Assembly: GCA_964474375.1 (NCBI GenBank)
Contig: CAYYSG010000001.1
Span: 84,196-148,195, forward strand
Direction of reading: 5' to 3'
DNA length: 64,000 bases
Origin: an uncultured Candidatus Saccharibacteria bacterium
GTDB taxonomy: Bacteria > Patescibacteriota > Minisyncoccia > Phycocordibacterales > UBA9973
Shown: piece by piece, positions 19,651 to 29,006 of the stretch
How the letters are laid out: each line of letters starts with the position of its first letter
How positions within the stretch are numbered: position 1 is the first letter of the stretch
Notes under the pieces: model-generated
Seen by the model: the letters and a program-made list of their open reading frames with translations, nothing else
Database searches by the model: none
What the model was told of the DNA's origin: nothing
Translations under genes and position numbers: made by a program

Positions 19651-19676
19651 TTTAGTGTCTAGTCATATGCTATAAT
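19648..19676 (+). promoter_or_regulatory. Extended -10 promoter (TGcTATAAT) ending 6 nt before ATG of HTTM gene: leaderless transcript predicted
   Basis: TGCTATAAT at 19668-19676; ATG at 19683; no SD. Confidence 0.5.
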
Positions 19677-19682
19677 GGTCTA

Positions 19683-21470
19683 ATGCTTTCTTATTTTAAA
19701 AGAATATTCTCATTAGACTACCGCTCACTCGCTATTATGCGAATGTTCATTGGTCTAACTCTACTGGCGGACATTATCCAAAGAACTAGATCCCTAACAG
19801 CCCATTATGCCGATGCCGGTGTGTTGCCACGTTCAGGGCTCCTATCTATCTGGAACGAATCAGGATTTTGGTCAATTTATTTTTTAAATGGTAGTCCATT
19901 GTTTGTGGCTATCATTTTTTTTGTTACTGCTGTATTTGCGGTCATGATGATAGTTGGGTACAAAACACGCATTGCAACTATTGCTTCATTTTTCTTACTT
20001 ATATCACTACATGTTAGGAACCCAATAGTCTTGCAGGGTGGGGATGTAGCGCTACGGGTGATACTTTTCTTTATGATGTTTTTGCCTTTGGGCCAACGCA
20101 TGTCCGTCGACACTATAGTTGGCGAAGCTAAATACCCTAAAGAAAAAGAATATTTTAGTCCAGCATCTATTGCGTATGTAATTCAGTTTTTAATTATATG
20201 GACAATGTCTGGATTTTTAAAAACCGGTGCTCCTTGGGTGACAAATGCTACAGCTGTAGCTATGGCACTGCATCTTGAATCATTTGTTACCAACTTTGGA
20301 ATGTGGCTACGTTCTATAGACAGTGCAATGTATTTTATAACTACAGCTACACTTATAATTGAACGCTATGTTTTTGTATTGTTTATTACACCTGTTCAGC
20401 GCGACATGGGTAGACTAGCCGGACTAATACTAACAACTACTTTAATAATCGGATTCAATTTATCTTTCAGGTTGGGTCTTTTTGGGATGATTATGTTTTC
20501 TATATCACTTGGGCTTTTACCAGGGTATTTTTGGGACCATATCATAATGCCATTACGTAAAATAGCTTCATCGAAGAGTCAAAAAGGTATGACAATATTT
20601 TACGATGGGGATTGCTCGTTCTGTTCCCGTATATCCAAGGTTACTGCAGGGATGTTGCTACTACACCCAGAAACTAAAATAATCTTCAGTGGTAGCGATC
20701 CTGAGGCCTACAGCACTATGCATTCAGCTCATTCATGGGTAGTACGCGACCATAACGGCGTTAGTTATACTGGATTCCGTGCATTTGTGGCCCTGATGCA
20801 GTCAGCATTCTTTTATAGAATATTTGCACCTGTATTTTTACTGACTCCTATTATGTATATAGGCGAAAATATATATAGAATGGTAGCTCACAATAGGCCA
20901 ATGACCTGTAGTGTGGATATGCCGGACAAGCCCATAAAAAAACAAAACAAAAGAATAAAAAATATATTTATTATTGTAATGCTTGGTTTTGTCGTTGTTT
21001 GGAATATTAGTTCTTTGCCGAGCTATTCTAGATATAAAAAGCCAAAATTTATTGAAAAATCTTTGTTAATTTTTAGACTTGATCAAAAATGGAACATGTT
21101 TGCGCCATATCCTACAACTGAAGACGGTTTCTTTGTTATGCCGGGTGTTTTGCGTGACGGTAGTAGTGTTGATATATATAGCGGTAGTACAAACATTAGT
21201 TATCTAAAACCCCAAAACATGGCATGGATATATCAAAATCAAAGATGGCAAAAATACCTGATGAACCTTTGGCTTAAAGACTTTTCAAACTATCGTTTGG
21301 GTTATGGGCAGTACTTGTGCAGGGAATGGAATGCGCATAATATCCATGAGAAGAATTTAATGACTTTTGAAATCCTGTATATTCTCGAAGAAACCGATAT
21401 AAATACACTAAAAGAATCCGAACCTGTCCCGGTCAGCATTTGGCAACATCAATGCTTCTCTGACTCATAA
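19683..21470 (+). CDS. HTTM-domain (vitamin K-dependent gamma-carboxylase-like / SdpB-like) polytopic membrane protein fused to a C-terminal DCC-family thiol-disulfide oxidoreductase (DUF393) domain
   Basis: N-terminal DYRSLAIMRMFIGLTLLADIIQR and multiple TM helices typical of HTTM; C-region IFYDGDCSFCSRISKV (DGxCxxC). Confidence 0.55.
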   Translation: MLSYFKRIFSLDYRSLAIMRMFIGLTLLADIIQRTRSLTAHYADAGVLPRSGLLSIWNESGFWSIYFLNGSPLFVAIIFFVTAVFAVMMIVGYKTRIATIASFFLLISLHVRNPIVLQGGDVALRVILFFMMFLPLGQRMSVDTIVGEAKYPKEKEYFSPASIAYVIQFLIIWTMSGFLKTGAPWVTNATAVAMALHLESFVTNFGMWLRSIDSAMYFITTATLIIERYVFVLFITPVQRDMGRLAGLILTTTLIIGFNLSFRLGLFGMIMFSISLGLLPGYFWDHIIMPLRKIASSKSQKGMTIFYDGDCSFCSRISKVTAGMLLLHPETKIIFSGSDPEAYSTMHSAHSWVVRDHNGVSYTGFRAFVALMQSAFFYRIFAPVFLLTPIMYIGENIYRMVAHNRPMTCSVDMPDKPIKKQNKRIKNIFIIVMLGFVVVWNISSLPSYSRYKKPKFIEKSLLIFRLDQKWNMFAPYPTTEDGFFVMPGVLRDGSSVDIYSGSTNISYLKPQNMAWIYQNQRWQKYLMNLWLKDFSNYRLGYGQYLCREWNAHNIHEKNLMTFEILYILEETDINTLKESEPVPVSIWQHQCFSDS

Positions 21471-21511
21471 AAATACACCCCATAGGAATTCCTATGGGGG
21501 TGTATTTTTTT
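21469..21511. terminator. Bidirectional terminator (16-bp stem) between HTTM gene and rpmB
   Basis: aaatacaccccatagg-aatt-cctatgggggtgtattttttt. Confidence 0.7.
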
Positions 21512-21514
21512 ATG

Positions 21515-21766
21515 CTATTTAACTTTGATTAAACCAGCTTTTTTAAGAGTAGCGAATGCACCATTCTTAGTTATAGTGCGTAGGCCTTTTGTTGATACTT
21601 CGATACGAACAGATTGACCTAGTTCAGGAACAAAAACCTTCTTTTTTTGAAGATTAGGGTAACGACGGCGTGAGCCAGTCGGTTGGTACTTGGTCGCACG
21701 AACACGGTTGGAATATCCACCGCCGACACGAGAAGTTTTTTTAGTTATTGCGCAGGTTTTTGCCAT
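21515..21766 (-). CDS. rpmB: 50S ribosomal protein L28
   Basis: MAKTCAITKKTSRVGGGYSNRVRATKYQPTGSRRRYPNLQKK... L28 pattern. Confidence 0.8.
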   Translation of the reverse strand: MAKTCAITKKTSRVGGGYSNRVRATKYQPTGSRRRYPNLQKKKVFVPELGQSVRIEVSTKGLRTITKNGAFATLKKAGLIKVK

Positions 21767-21801
21767 ATAATATTTGTTTTAAGTTACCAGAGCATGGTAT
21801 C

Positions 21802-22419
21802 ATGAAATATATGAATACGCAAGTCGACAAGCTTTTTTACCTGATTGTTTTGATTTTTTCTATAGTTATTCACGAAATAGCCCATGGATATGCTGCTCTT
21901 TACTATGGGGACACTACAGCGCGCGACCATGGCAGGCTGACCCTAAACCCTATAAAACATATTGATATGTTTGGGTCTATTATTTTGCCATTGATACTGT
22001 TTGTCACAGGTTCACCATATATGGTGGGCTGGGCTAAACCCGTACCATATAACCCTATGAATTTACGCGACGAAAAAAAGGGCACCAGACTGGTGGCTTT
22101 TGCTGGAATATTAGCAAATCTTAGCGTGGCTGTTGTTTTTGCTATTGTGGTAAGAATCTTCGGACTTAATCTACCTGAACAAATGTTGCAGTTATTCCTA
22201 CTTGTTATAATTGTAAATCTTGTTTTAGCTGTATTTAACTTACTGCCTGTGCCACCACTGGATGGTTCTAAAATTCTAGCCAGCTTTGGGTCTGCACGGT
22301 TCCGCGCTATTGTGGAATACCCACAAGGCATACTAATGATATTTTTCTTTATCATTGCTATTATGCTTTGGCGTTACATTTCACCGGTGGTTTTTTATCT
22401 GTACAACGTGCTTGTTTAA
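21802..22419 (+). CDS. Membrane zinc metalloprotease, site-2 protease (peptidase M50) family-like
   Basis: HEIAH zinc motif inside a TM helix, LNPIKHID motif, 5-6 TM helices; start trimmed to first ATG (MKYMNT) to avoid overlap with divergent rpmB. Confidence 0.6.
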   Translation: MKYMNTQVDKLFYLIVLIFSIVIHEIAHGYAALYYGDTTARDHGRLTLNPIKHIDMFGSIILPLILFVTGSPYMVGWAKPVPYNPMNLRDEKKGTRLVAFAGILANLSVAVVFAIVVRIFGLNLPEQMLQLFLLVIIVNLVLAVFNLLPVPPLDGSKILASFGSARFRAIVEYPQGILMIFFFIIAIMLWRYISPVVFYLYNVLV

Positions 22420-22450
22420 ACATTGCCTATCCGTGTATACTTAGAGTTAC

Positions 22451-24532
22451 ATGAAGAAGTTTTTTTCTTTACTCGCATTTTTTTTCAGTTTTGCAGCATT
22501 AGTTTATGCTGCCACTATTGGTATTATTGATAGTACTGACAAATACGCCAAAGTTTTAGCTGGTCCTTATGCTGGTACACAAATTGATTTTCGGCCTAAT
22601 GACACAGCTACAGTTCAAGCCGTCGAAGTTCATTCTGATAGGCTCCGAGGGTATGCTTGGGGTGAAGCTACTGGTTACATTGTCCTCTCTTGTGAAGACA
22701 CAAACAGTGGTTGCTCTGGTACCAATGGTAATTTCAAAGTCACTAATGATGGTAATGGTAATTTGGCTGGTTTCGCATGGGGTGCTAACACCGGCTGGGT
22801 TTCCTTTAGTTGTTCGAACTCTACATCAAGCTGTTCGGGTGGTGCTGGTGCATGGGGAGTATCCATAAATACAAGTACTGGTGAATTTAGCGGACATGCT
22901 TGGTCTCAAAATTTTGGTTATATAAAATTTGATTGTTCATCAGCTGACTCATGTTTAACAACAGACTGGCGACCAAGTTCTGGTACTTCTTCTGGCGGAG
23001 GAGGAGGTGGTGGTACCTCTACAACAACAGGTACTACTACTGGTACTACGACTGGTGAAGATGATGAAGAAGAAGACGGTGATGGGTTTCCTTGTTCTTT
23101 AATTTTCTATAGATTATACGGACGTTGTCCTGGTGACCCAGAAAATACCACTGGTACAACAACAGGTACTACCACTGGACAAGACACTGTAGGCACTACT
23201 ACAGGTCAGACTACAACCGGACAAACTACTACTGGTCAAACAACGACTGGTACTACTACTGGTCAAACAACAACAGGGCAGACTACTACTGGTCAAACCA
23301 CAGGTTTTGGTACCACTGGTGGAACTGGCACTGGACAAAATGGTGGTACTGGATTTGGATCAACTGGTGCGGGTAGTAGTACTGGTTTTGGGTCAACTGG
23401 GTTTGGTGCTACTGGTACAGGTAGTGCTACTACTGGAACAAGTTCTAGTGGTAGTACCGGTACATCATCAGGTACATTTGGTAGAACCAATGTTATTCTG
23501 ACTGGTGGCTTGCGCGATATTTTAAAAACTAGTAACAGCCAAGAATTCATCGATGGCGTTGCTGATGCTGTAGCCGGGGCTATTCCTATCGGAGGAATAA
23601 TTGCTGGTATGATAGCCGCACTGGCTGCGCTCTTTTTCGTAAATGCAGTTTCCTTTTCAGAACTTTTGTTTTTGCCAGCGCGTATTTGGTCATCTCTACT
23701 ACTATTTTTCGGCATAGCGAAAAAGCCTTGGGGTGTTGTGTATGACTCTTTGACAAAACAACCCATCGACCCAGCTTATGTAACACTAATAGATGCTGTT
23801 ACAAATGAAGAAGTTTCATCATCTCTAACTGACATCAATGGACGTTATGGTTTTGATAATGTTAAAAAAGGTAAATACCGTATTGAGGCTAGTAAAACTC
23901 ACTATAAATTTCCATCAAATTATTTAAAGGGTCATACAGCAGACGATATTTACGAGGATTTATATTTCGGTCAAGAATTCGTTGTAGAGGAAGATGGAGC
24001 TTTGATTACTAAAAATATCCCAATTGATGCAGAATCTATCGACTGGAACGAAGTAGCTAAAAAAGAGCAAAACCTGATGTCTTTCAACCCTATTAGGGAA
24101 TCACGCTGGCAAAAAATAGCCCATCTTATATTTATTGCTGGGTTCATTGCATCAATACTGTTTATGATATCTTTGCCTGTACTCGGTAACAAAATCTCAC
24201 TTATTTTCTATATAGTAGCGGGTATTTTGATGTACGTATTGCGTATTCCGAAAATCCGAGCAATGTTCTCACGCTCACATGCTATTGTTATCGAATCCAG
24301 ACTGGATGCTCCTTTGCCATTCGCTATGGTGGAAATCAAAAACCCAGAAACCGGTGTGGTCGTAACCAAACGCGTTACTAACCAAGATGGTATGTTCTAT
24401 GCACTTCTTGAAAAAGGTAATTATCAGGTGGCTATTTCCAAGTCTGAAAAGGTGGGTAGTTATACTAAAATATTCGAATCTAACCCATTGTCTGTAAAGA
24501 AAGGATTCATTAGTTCTAAATTTGAAGTCTAA
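22451..24532 (+). CDS. Hypothetical surface protein: signal peptide, three Cys-containing ~40-aa repeats, (TTGQ)n/Gly-rich linker, TM helices, two CarboxypepD_reg-like beta-sandwich segments
   Basis: Repeats RGYAWGEATGYIVLSCEDTNSGCSG / AGFAWGANTGWVSFSCSNSTSSCSG / SGHAWSQNFGYIKFDCSSADSC; TTGQTTTGQ run; YVTLIDAVTNEEV...NGRYGFDNVKKGKYRIEASK and MVEIKNPETGVVV..DGMFYALLEKGNYQVAISK. Confidence 0.55.
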   Translation: MKKFFSLLAFFFSFAALVYAATIGIIDSTDKYAKVLAGPYAGTQIDFRPNDTATVQAVEVHSDRLRGYAWGEATGYIVLSCEDTNSGCSGTNGNFKVTNDGNGNLAGFAWGANTGWVSFSCSNSTSSCSGGAGAWGVSINTSTGEFSGHAWSQNFGYIKFDCSSADSCLTTDWRPSSGTSSGGGGGGGTSTTTGTTTGTTTGEDDEEEDGDGFPCSLIFYRLYGRCPGDPENTTGTTTGTTTGQDTVGTTTGQTTTGQTTTGQTTTGTTTGQTTTGQTTTGQTTGFGTTGGTGTGQNGGTGFGSTGAGSSTGFGSTGFGATGTGSATTGTSSSGSTGTSSGTFGRTNVILTGGLRDILKTSNSQEFIDGVADAVAGAIPIGGIIAGMIAALAALFFVNAVSFSELLFLPARIWSSLLLFFGIAKKPWGVVYDSLTKQPIDPAYVTLIDAVTNEEVSSSLTDINGRYGFDNVKKGKYRIEASKTHYKFPSNYLKGHTADDIYEDLYFGQEFVVEEDGALITKNIPIDAESIDWNEVAKKEQNLMSFNPIRESRWQKIAHLIFIAGFIASILFMISLPVLGNKISLIFYIVAGILMYVLRIPKIRAMFSRSHAIVIESRLDAPLPFAMVEIKNPETGVVVTKRVTNQDGMFYALLEKGNYQVAISKSEKVGSYTKIFESNPLSVKKGFISSKFEV
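23197..23305 (+). repeat. Imperfect 12-nt tandem repeats encoding (TTGQ)n inside the surface-protein gene
   Basis: caaactactactggt / caaacaacgactggt ... units. Confidence 0.6.
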
Positions 24533-24541
24533 AAACCACTT

Positions 24542-24563
24542 AACCCCCTTTATCAAGGGGGTT
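24542..24563 (+). terminator. Weak terminator hairpin after surface-protein gene
   Basis: aacccccttt-atca-agggggttt. Confidence 0.4.
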
Positions 24564-24705
24564 TCGCTAGATTTTCCTTGACATTCATTACCATTTAGTG
24601 CTAGGATTCTTGTAACGGCACTCTTTGGGGCTTTTTTATTTTGCCCAAAAATCGAAAAAGAGGGCCAATTTATTATTATTTATAAGTATATTTTAACCTT
24701 TTAGG

Positions 24706-24768
24706 GTACTAATTTGGGTCTATACATAGCGAATGTTCTCGCTCTATGTATGAATCTACAAATTAGTC
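24706..24768. promoter_or_regulatory. Long imperfect inverted repeat about 20 nt upstream of tuf start
   Basis: actaatttgggtctatacatagcga ... tcgctctatgtatgaatctacaaattagt (arms about 25 nt, centre about 24737). Confidence 0.35.
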
Positions 24769-24789
24769 CATAAAAGTCAAAAAAGCTAT

Positions 24790-25989
24790 ATGGCACAAGA
24801 TTTTGATCGTTCAAAGCCACACGTTAACGTAGGTACTATCGGACACGTTGACCACGGTAAAACAACATTAACAGCAGCTATCCTTACAGTTCTAGGACGT
24901 GAAGGTAACGGCTATGGTTCAAAAATGAAGTCAGTTGACCAAATTGACTCTGCTCCAGAAGAAAAAGCTCGTGGTATTACTATTGCTCTTTCTCACAACG
25001 AGTACGAAACTCCTACTCGTCACTACGCTCACATTGATGCTCCTGGTCACGCGGACTACATCAAAAACATGATTACTGGTGCGGCTCAAATGGATGGTGC
25101 AGTTCTAGTAGTTGCAGCAACAGATGGTGCTATGCCACAAACACGCGAACACGTTTTGCTTGCAAAACAAGTTGGCGTGCCTCGTATTATCGTTTTCCTA
25201 AACAAATGCGACATGGTGGATGATCCAGATATGCTAGACCTAGTTGAAGAAGAATTGCGTGAACTCCTTACAAAACAAGGGTTTGACGGTGCTAATGCTC
25301 CAGTTATTCGTGGTTCAGGTCTTAAAGCTCTTGAAGAAGCTGATAACTCTGGTCCATATTCACAAAAAGTTCTTGAGCTTGCAAAAGCGTTGGATGAATA
25401 CATTCCAATGCCAGAACGTGATGTTACAAAGCCTTTCCTAATGCCTATCGAAGACATCTTTTCTATCGAAGGACGTGGAACTGTTGTTACAGGTAAAATC
25501 GAACGTGGTGTTGTAAAAGTAGGTGAAGAAGTTGAAATCGTTGGTATTAAAGATACAGTTAAAACTACTATCACTGGTATCGAAATGTTCAACAAAAACC
25601 TAAAAGAAGGTATTGCAGGAGATAACGCGGGTATTCTAATCCGTGGTATCAAAAAAGAAGACGTTACTCGTGGTCAAGTTCTTGCAAAGACTGGTTCAGT
25701 TACTCCACACTCAAACTTTGAATGTGAAGTTTACATCTTGAAAAAGGAAGAAGGTGGACGTCATACTCCATTCTTTACTGGATACAAACCACAATTCTAT
25801 GTTCGTACAACAGACGTAACAGGGGACTGTGCTTTGCCAGCAGGAGTAGAAATGGTTATGCCTGGTGATACTGTAAAACTTACTGTAAAACTAGTTACTC
25901 CAGTTGCTCTTGAAGAATCAACACGCTTTGCGGTTCGTGAAGGTGGACGTACAGTTGGTGCGGGTGTTGTAACAAAAATCATCGCTTAA
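24790..25989 (+). CDS. tuf: Elongation factor Tu
   Basis: [35 protein letters not shown]; full-length 399 aa. Confidence 0.95.
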   Translation: MAQDFDRSKPHVNVGTIGHVDHGKTTLTAAILTVLGREGNGYGSKMKSVDQIDSAPEEKARGITIALSHNEYETPTRHYAHIDAPGHADYIKNMITGAAQMDGAVLVVAATDGAMPQTREHVLLAKQVGVPRIIVFLNKCDMVDDPDMLDLVEEELRELLTKQGFDGANAPVIRGSGLKALEEADNSGPYSQKVLELAKALDEYIPMPERDVTKPFLMPIEDIFSIEGRGTVVTGKIERGVVKVGEEVEIVGIKDTVKTTITGIEMFNKNLKEGIAGDNAGILIRGIKKEDVTRGQVLAKTGSVTPHSNFECEVYILKKEEGGRHTPFFTGYKPQFYVRTTDVTGDCALPAGVEMVMPGDTVKLTVKLVTPVALEESTRFAVREGGRTVGAGVVTKIIA

Positions 25990-26031
25990 TTAGGTGTCAG
26001 GTAAATAGGTTACAGGTGCAGGATTTAAAAC

Positions 26032-26055
26032 CCTATAACCTATAACCTATAACCT
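26032..26055 (+). repeat. Three tandem copies of cctataac in the tuf-rpsJ spacer (S10 leader), complementary to upstream ataggtta
   Basis: cctataac x3 at 26032-26055; complementary aataggttacagg at 26004-26016. Confidence 0.5.
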
Positions 26056-26073
26056 CAAACCTTCCCCTGTAAT

Positions 26074-26430
26074 ATGACAGCAAAACAAATAAAAGAAACA
26101 AAGAAAGCTGAGTCAACTTCTGGTCAAAACCGTCTTCGTATCCGCATTCGTGCATACGAACACCGAGTTTTGGATCAGTCTGTAAAGCAAATCATCGATA
26201 CAGCTGAGCGTTTCGACGCTACTGTTGTCGGACCGATTCCTTTACCGACTGAAATCAAGAAATACACTGTTAACCGTGCATCATTCGTTTACAAGAATGC
26301 TCGCGAACAGTTCGAAATGCGCATACACAAACGTGTTATCGATATTCTTGGTGCTAACCAAAAGACTATAGAAGCTCTGACCAATCTTTCACTACCGTCG
26401 GGTGTCGATATCGATGTTAAAATGATGTAA
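26074..26430 (+). CDS. rpsJ: 30S ribosomal protein S10
   Basis: QNRLRIRIRAYEHRVLDQSVKQIIDTAERFDATVVGPIPLPTE... Confidence 0.9.
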   Translation: MTAKQIKETKKAESTSGQNRLRIRIRAYEHRVLDQSVKQIIDTAERFDATVVGPIPLPTEIKKYTVNRASFVYKNAREQFEMRIHKRVIDILGANQKTIEALTNLSLPSGVDIDVKMM

Positions 26431-26443
26431 TTAGGAAACTCGT

Positions 26444-27052
26444 ATGAAATTTATTCTCGGAAAAAAACGCGAAATGGTTCAGTTCTATACTGAAGACGGA
26501 ACTATCCATCCAGCGACAATCGTTGACGCGGGTCCAATTACTGTTACCCAAATTAAGACGAAAGATCGCGATGGTTATGATGCGGTTCAAGTTGGTTTCG
26601 GACAAAAGAAAGCAAAGAACGTAGCAAAACCACAAAAAGGACACTTTAAAGACCTAGGCTTGTTTGAAAACGTTGCTGAATTCGATGCTGATACTTCAGC
26701 TATGAATGTAGGCGATACAATCAATGCATCTACTTTTGCAGTAGGTGACACAGTGGTGGTATCAGGTATTTCAAAAGGTAAAGGTTTTCAAGGTGTAGTC
26801 AAAAGACATGGTTTCCATGGGGGACCACGTTCTCACGGACAAAAACACTCTGAACGTGAACCAGGTTCTATCGGTGGCGGACTCCGCAACCGTGTTCCTA
26901 AAGGTATGCGTATGGCAGGCCGAATGGGGTCTGACAGAATAACCACAAAGAATCTTACAGTTCTTGCTGTGGATAGTGAATCAAATATAATTTTGATCAA
27001 AGGTGCATTACCTGGTCGCAGAGGCACATTATTAGAAGTTGTAAGTAAGTAG
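26444..27052 (+). CDS. rplC: 50S ribosomal protein L3
   Basis: ILGKKREMVQFYTEDG..VTQIKTKDRDGYDAVQVGFG; GKGFQGVVKRHGFHGGPRSHG. Confidence 0.9.
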   Translation: MKFILGKKREMVQFYTEDGTIHPATIVDAGPITVTQIKTKDRDGYDAVQVGFGQKKAKNVAKPQKGHFKDLGLFENVAEFDADTSAMNVGDTINASTFAVGDTVVVSGISKGKGFQGVVKRHGFHGGPRSHGQKHSEREPGSIGGGLRNRVPKGMRMAGRMGSDRITTKNLTVLAVDSESNIILIKGALPGRRGTLLEVVSK

Positions 27053-27059
27053 AAACAAT

Positions 27060-27734
27060 ATGGAAACAAAAGTATTTGCAACAGACGGTAGTGTCTCAAG
27101 AAGCTTAAAATTACCAGAACCAATTTTTGGTGCAAAATGGAATTCAGACCTTGTCCACCAAGTTGTACTATCTATGGCACAGAATGCTCGTGCTGGTACT
27201 GCACACACTAAAAATCGTGCTGAAGTATCTGGTACTGGTAAGAAACCTTGGAAACAAAAAGGTACAGGTCGTGCTCGTCACGGCTCACGCCGATCCCCAA
27301 TATGGGTTGGTGGTGGTATTGCTCACGGTCCACGCTCTGACAAGGATTATAGTAAAACTATAACCAAATCTATGCGTCGTGGTGCACTAGTATCATTACT
27401 TTCTCAAAAATATCGTGATGGCGAAGTAATATTCGTAGAATCTATAGATATAAAAACTCCAAAAACAAAAGATGCATTAGAAATCTTGAAAAAAGTTGGT
27501 AAAGCTAATAGCGCAGAGCGCCTAGCAACTGGCCGTAAACCTTATGGTATTGTGGCATTGCCGTCCAACATCAAGACTGTCCAGAAATCTTTTGCTAATT
27601 TGCCATCAGTTACGGTCGACATGCTCCAGAATCTAAGTGTGCTCGATGTTATCAACCATAAATACTTGTTATTTGTTGGTCCAGAAGCATCACTTGCATT
27701 TCTTGAGGCTAAAAAGACTAAAAAAAATAGTTAA
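27060..27734 (+). CDS. rplD: 50S ribosomal protein L4
   Basis: KKPWKQKGTGRARHGSRRSPIWVGGGIAHGPR. Confidence 0.9.
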   Translation: METKVFATDGSVSRSLKLPEPIFGAKWNSDLVHQVVLSMAQNARAGTAHTKNRAEVSGTGKKPWKQKGTGRARHGSRRSPIWVGGGIAHGPRSDKDYSKTITKSMRRGALVSLLSQKYRDGEVIFVESIDIKTPKTKDALEILKKVGKANSAERLATGRKPYGIVALPSNIKTVQKSFANLPSVTVDMLQNLSVLDVINHKYLLFVGPEASLAFLEAKKTKKNS

Positions 27735-27736
27735 TT

Positions 27737-28072
27737 ATGGCAACAAAAAAGAAATCAGAAAACAAGGTAGAAGCTAAAAAGCTAAACCTTTCAGTATCAG
27801 CAAATGTTCTTATCAAGAAGCCTCATGTTACCGAAAAGGCAGCACGAGCAAATGAAAAGAGCAATGCTTATACATTTATAGTTCATAAAAATGCAAATAA
27901 AACTGAAATCGCAAAGGCTATCGCTATGTTATATGACGTTACGCCAGTTAAGGTTACAGTGGTAAATGTTAAACCCGAAGTAGTTACAAAACGCGGATCA
28001 CGCGGAACAGAAAAGGCTTATAAAAAAGCAGTTGTTACTCTACCAAAAGGTCAAAGCATTTCATTTGCTTAA
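27737..28072 (+). CDS. rplW: 50S ribosomal protein L23
   Basis: Position between rplD and rplB; VLIKKPHVTEKAARANEKSNAYTFIVHKNANKTEIAKAI. Confidence 0.85.
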   Translation: MATKKKSENKVEAKKLNLSVSANVLIKKPHVTEKAARANEKSNAYTFIVHKNANKTEIAKAIAMLYDVTPVKVTVVNVKPEVVTKRGSRGTEKAYKKAVVTLPKGQSISFA

Positions 28073-28082
28073 TTAATCCCGT

Positions 28083-28928
28083 ATGATGAAGAAATATAGA
28101 CCAACGACCCCATCACGTCGTAACACAGTAACCATTGATTATCGCAAAGTTCTTTCTGGCGACAAAAAGAACAAAGCCCTAACTCATGGTTTCAAACGCA
28201 GTATGGGTCGTAACAACCAGGGTCGTATTACCACACAACACAAAGGTGGCGGTAATAAAAGACTCTTCCGTGATATTGATTTTCGTTTAGAAAAGTTCAA
28301 TATTCCGGCAAAACTAACAACAATAGAATATGACCCAAACCGTAGTGCATTTATCGGAGTCGCTGTTTATAAAGACGGTGAAAAGAGATACATAATAGTT
28401 CCCAAGGAAGCAAAGCCAGGCGACTCATTTGTAATTTCAAAAGAAGCTCCAATAGTGTCCGGTAACCGTACTATCTTAGCTAGAATTCCCGTTGGTACAT
28501 TTGTATACAACATAGAAATCAAAGCTGGCGGTGGTGCTAAGTTAGTTCGCTCTGCTGGCGCGTATGCGCAAATCGTAGCGAATGACGCAGGTTATACTTC
28601 TGTTAAAATGCCATCTAGTGAGATACGTAAAATAGATGAACAAGCTTTTGCCACAATTGGTGAAGTTTCGAATTCTGAACACCATCTTGTTAAGTTTGGT
28701 AAAGCAGGACGCAGTCGTTGGCGCGGTATTCGCCCAACAGTTCGTGGATCTGTTATGAACCCAGTTGACCACCCATATGGAGGAGGTGAAGGACGCCAAG
28801 GACGTGGAACACGTCGTCCGAAGACTCGCCATGGTAAAGTTACTGGTGGACGCAAAACGAGAACACCAAAGAAATACTCAAACCATCTTGTTGTTTCCCG
28901 CCGCAAGGTCGGAAAGAAAAGAGGGTAA
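28083..28928 (+). CDS. rplB: 50S ribosomal protein L2
   Basis: KKYRPTTPSRRNTV...; GGGNKRLFRDIDF; VRGSVMNPVDHPYGGGEGRQGRG. Confidence 0.9.
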   Translation: MMKKYRPTTPSRRNTVTIDYRKVLSGDKKNKALTHGFKRSMGRNNQGRITTQHKGGGNKRLFRDIDFRLEKFNIPAKLTTIEYDPNRSAFIGVAVYKDGEKRYIIVPKEAKPGDSFVISKEAPIVSGNRTILARIPVGTFVYNIEIKAGGGAKLVRSAGAYAQIVANDAGYTSVKMPSSEIRKIDEQAFATIGEVSNSEHHLVKFGKAGRSRWRGIRPTVRGSVMNPVDHPYGGGEGRQGRGTRRPKTRHGKVTGGRKTRTPKKYSNHLVVSRRKVGKKRG

Positions 28929-28948
28929 TAGTATTATCTTTAACAAAA

Positions 28949-28978
28949 AACACCCAACTCTATCAGGGTGTTTTTGTT
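28949..28978 (+). terminator. Intrinsic terminator inside the S10 cluster (after rplB)
   Basis: aacaccc-aactctatca-gggtgtttttgttt. Confidence 0.55.
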
Positions 28979-29006
28979 TGACATAAGAGCCTATTTCTGC
29001 TAGGAT
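28978..29006 (+). promoter_or_regulatory. Candidate internal promoter TTGACA-17-TAGGAT, followed by a ~130-nt leader with small hairpins before rpsS
   Basis: TTGACA 28978-28983, TAGGAT 29001-29006; leader contains ttccg-aaatat-cggaa hairpin and tgcc-aacatc-ggca+TTTTT. Confidence 0.4.

Noticed and set aside
23293-23766. 157-aa and smaller minus-strand ORFs across the (TTGQ)n / Gly-rich region of the surface-protein gene
   Set aside because: Low-complexity Pro/Val-rich translation of the complement of a repetitive coding region; no start context; overlaps a better ORF.
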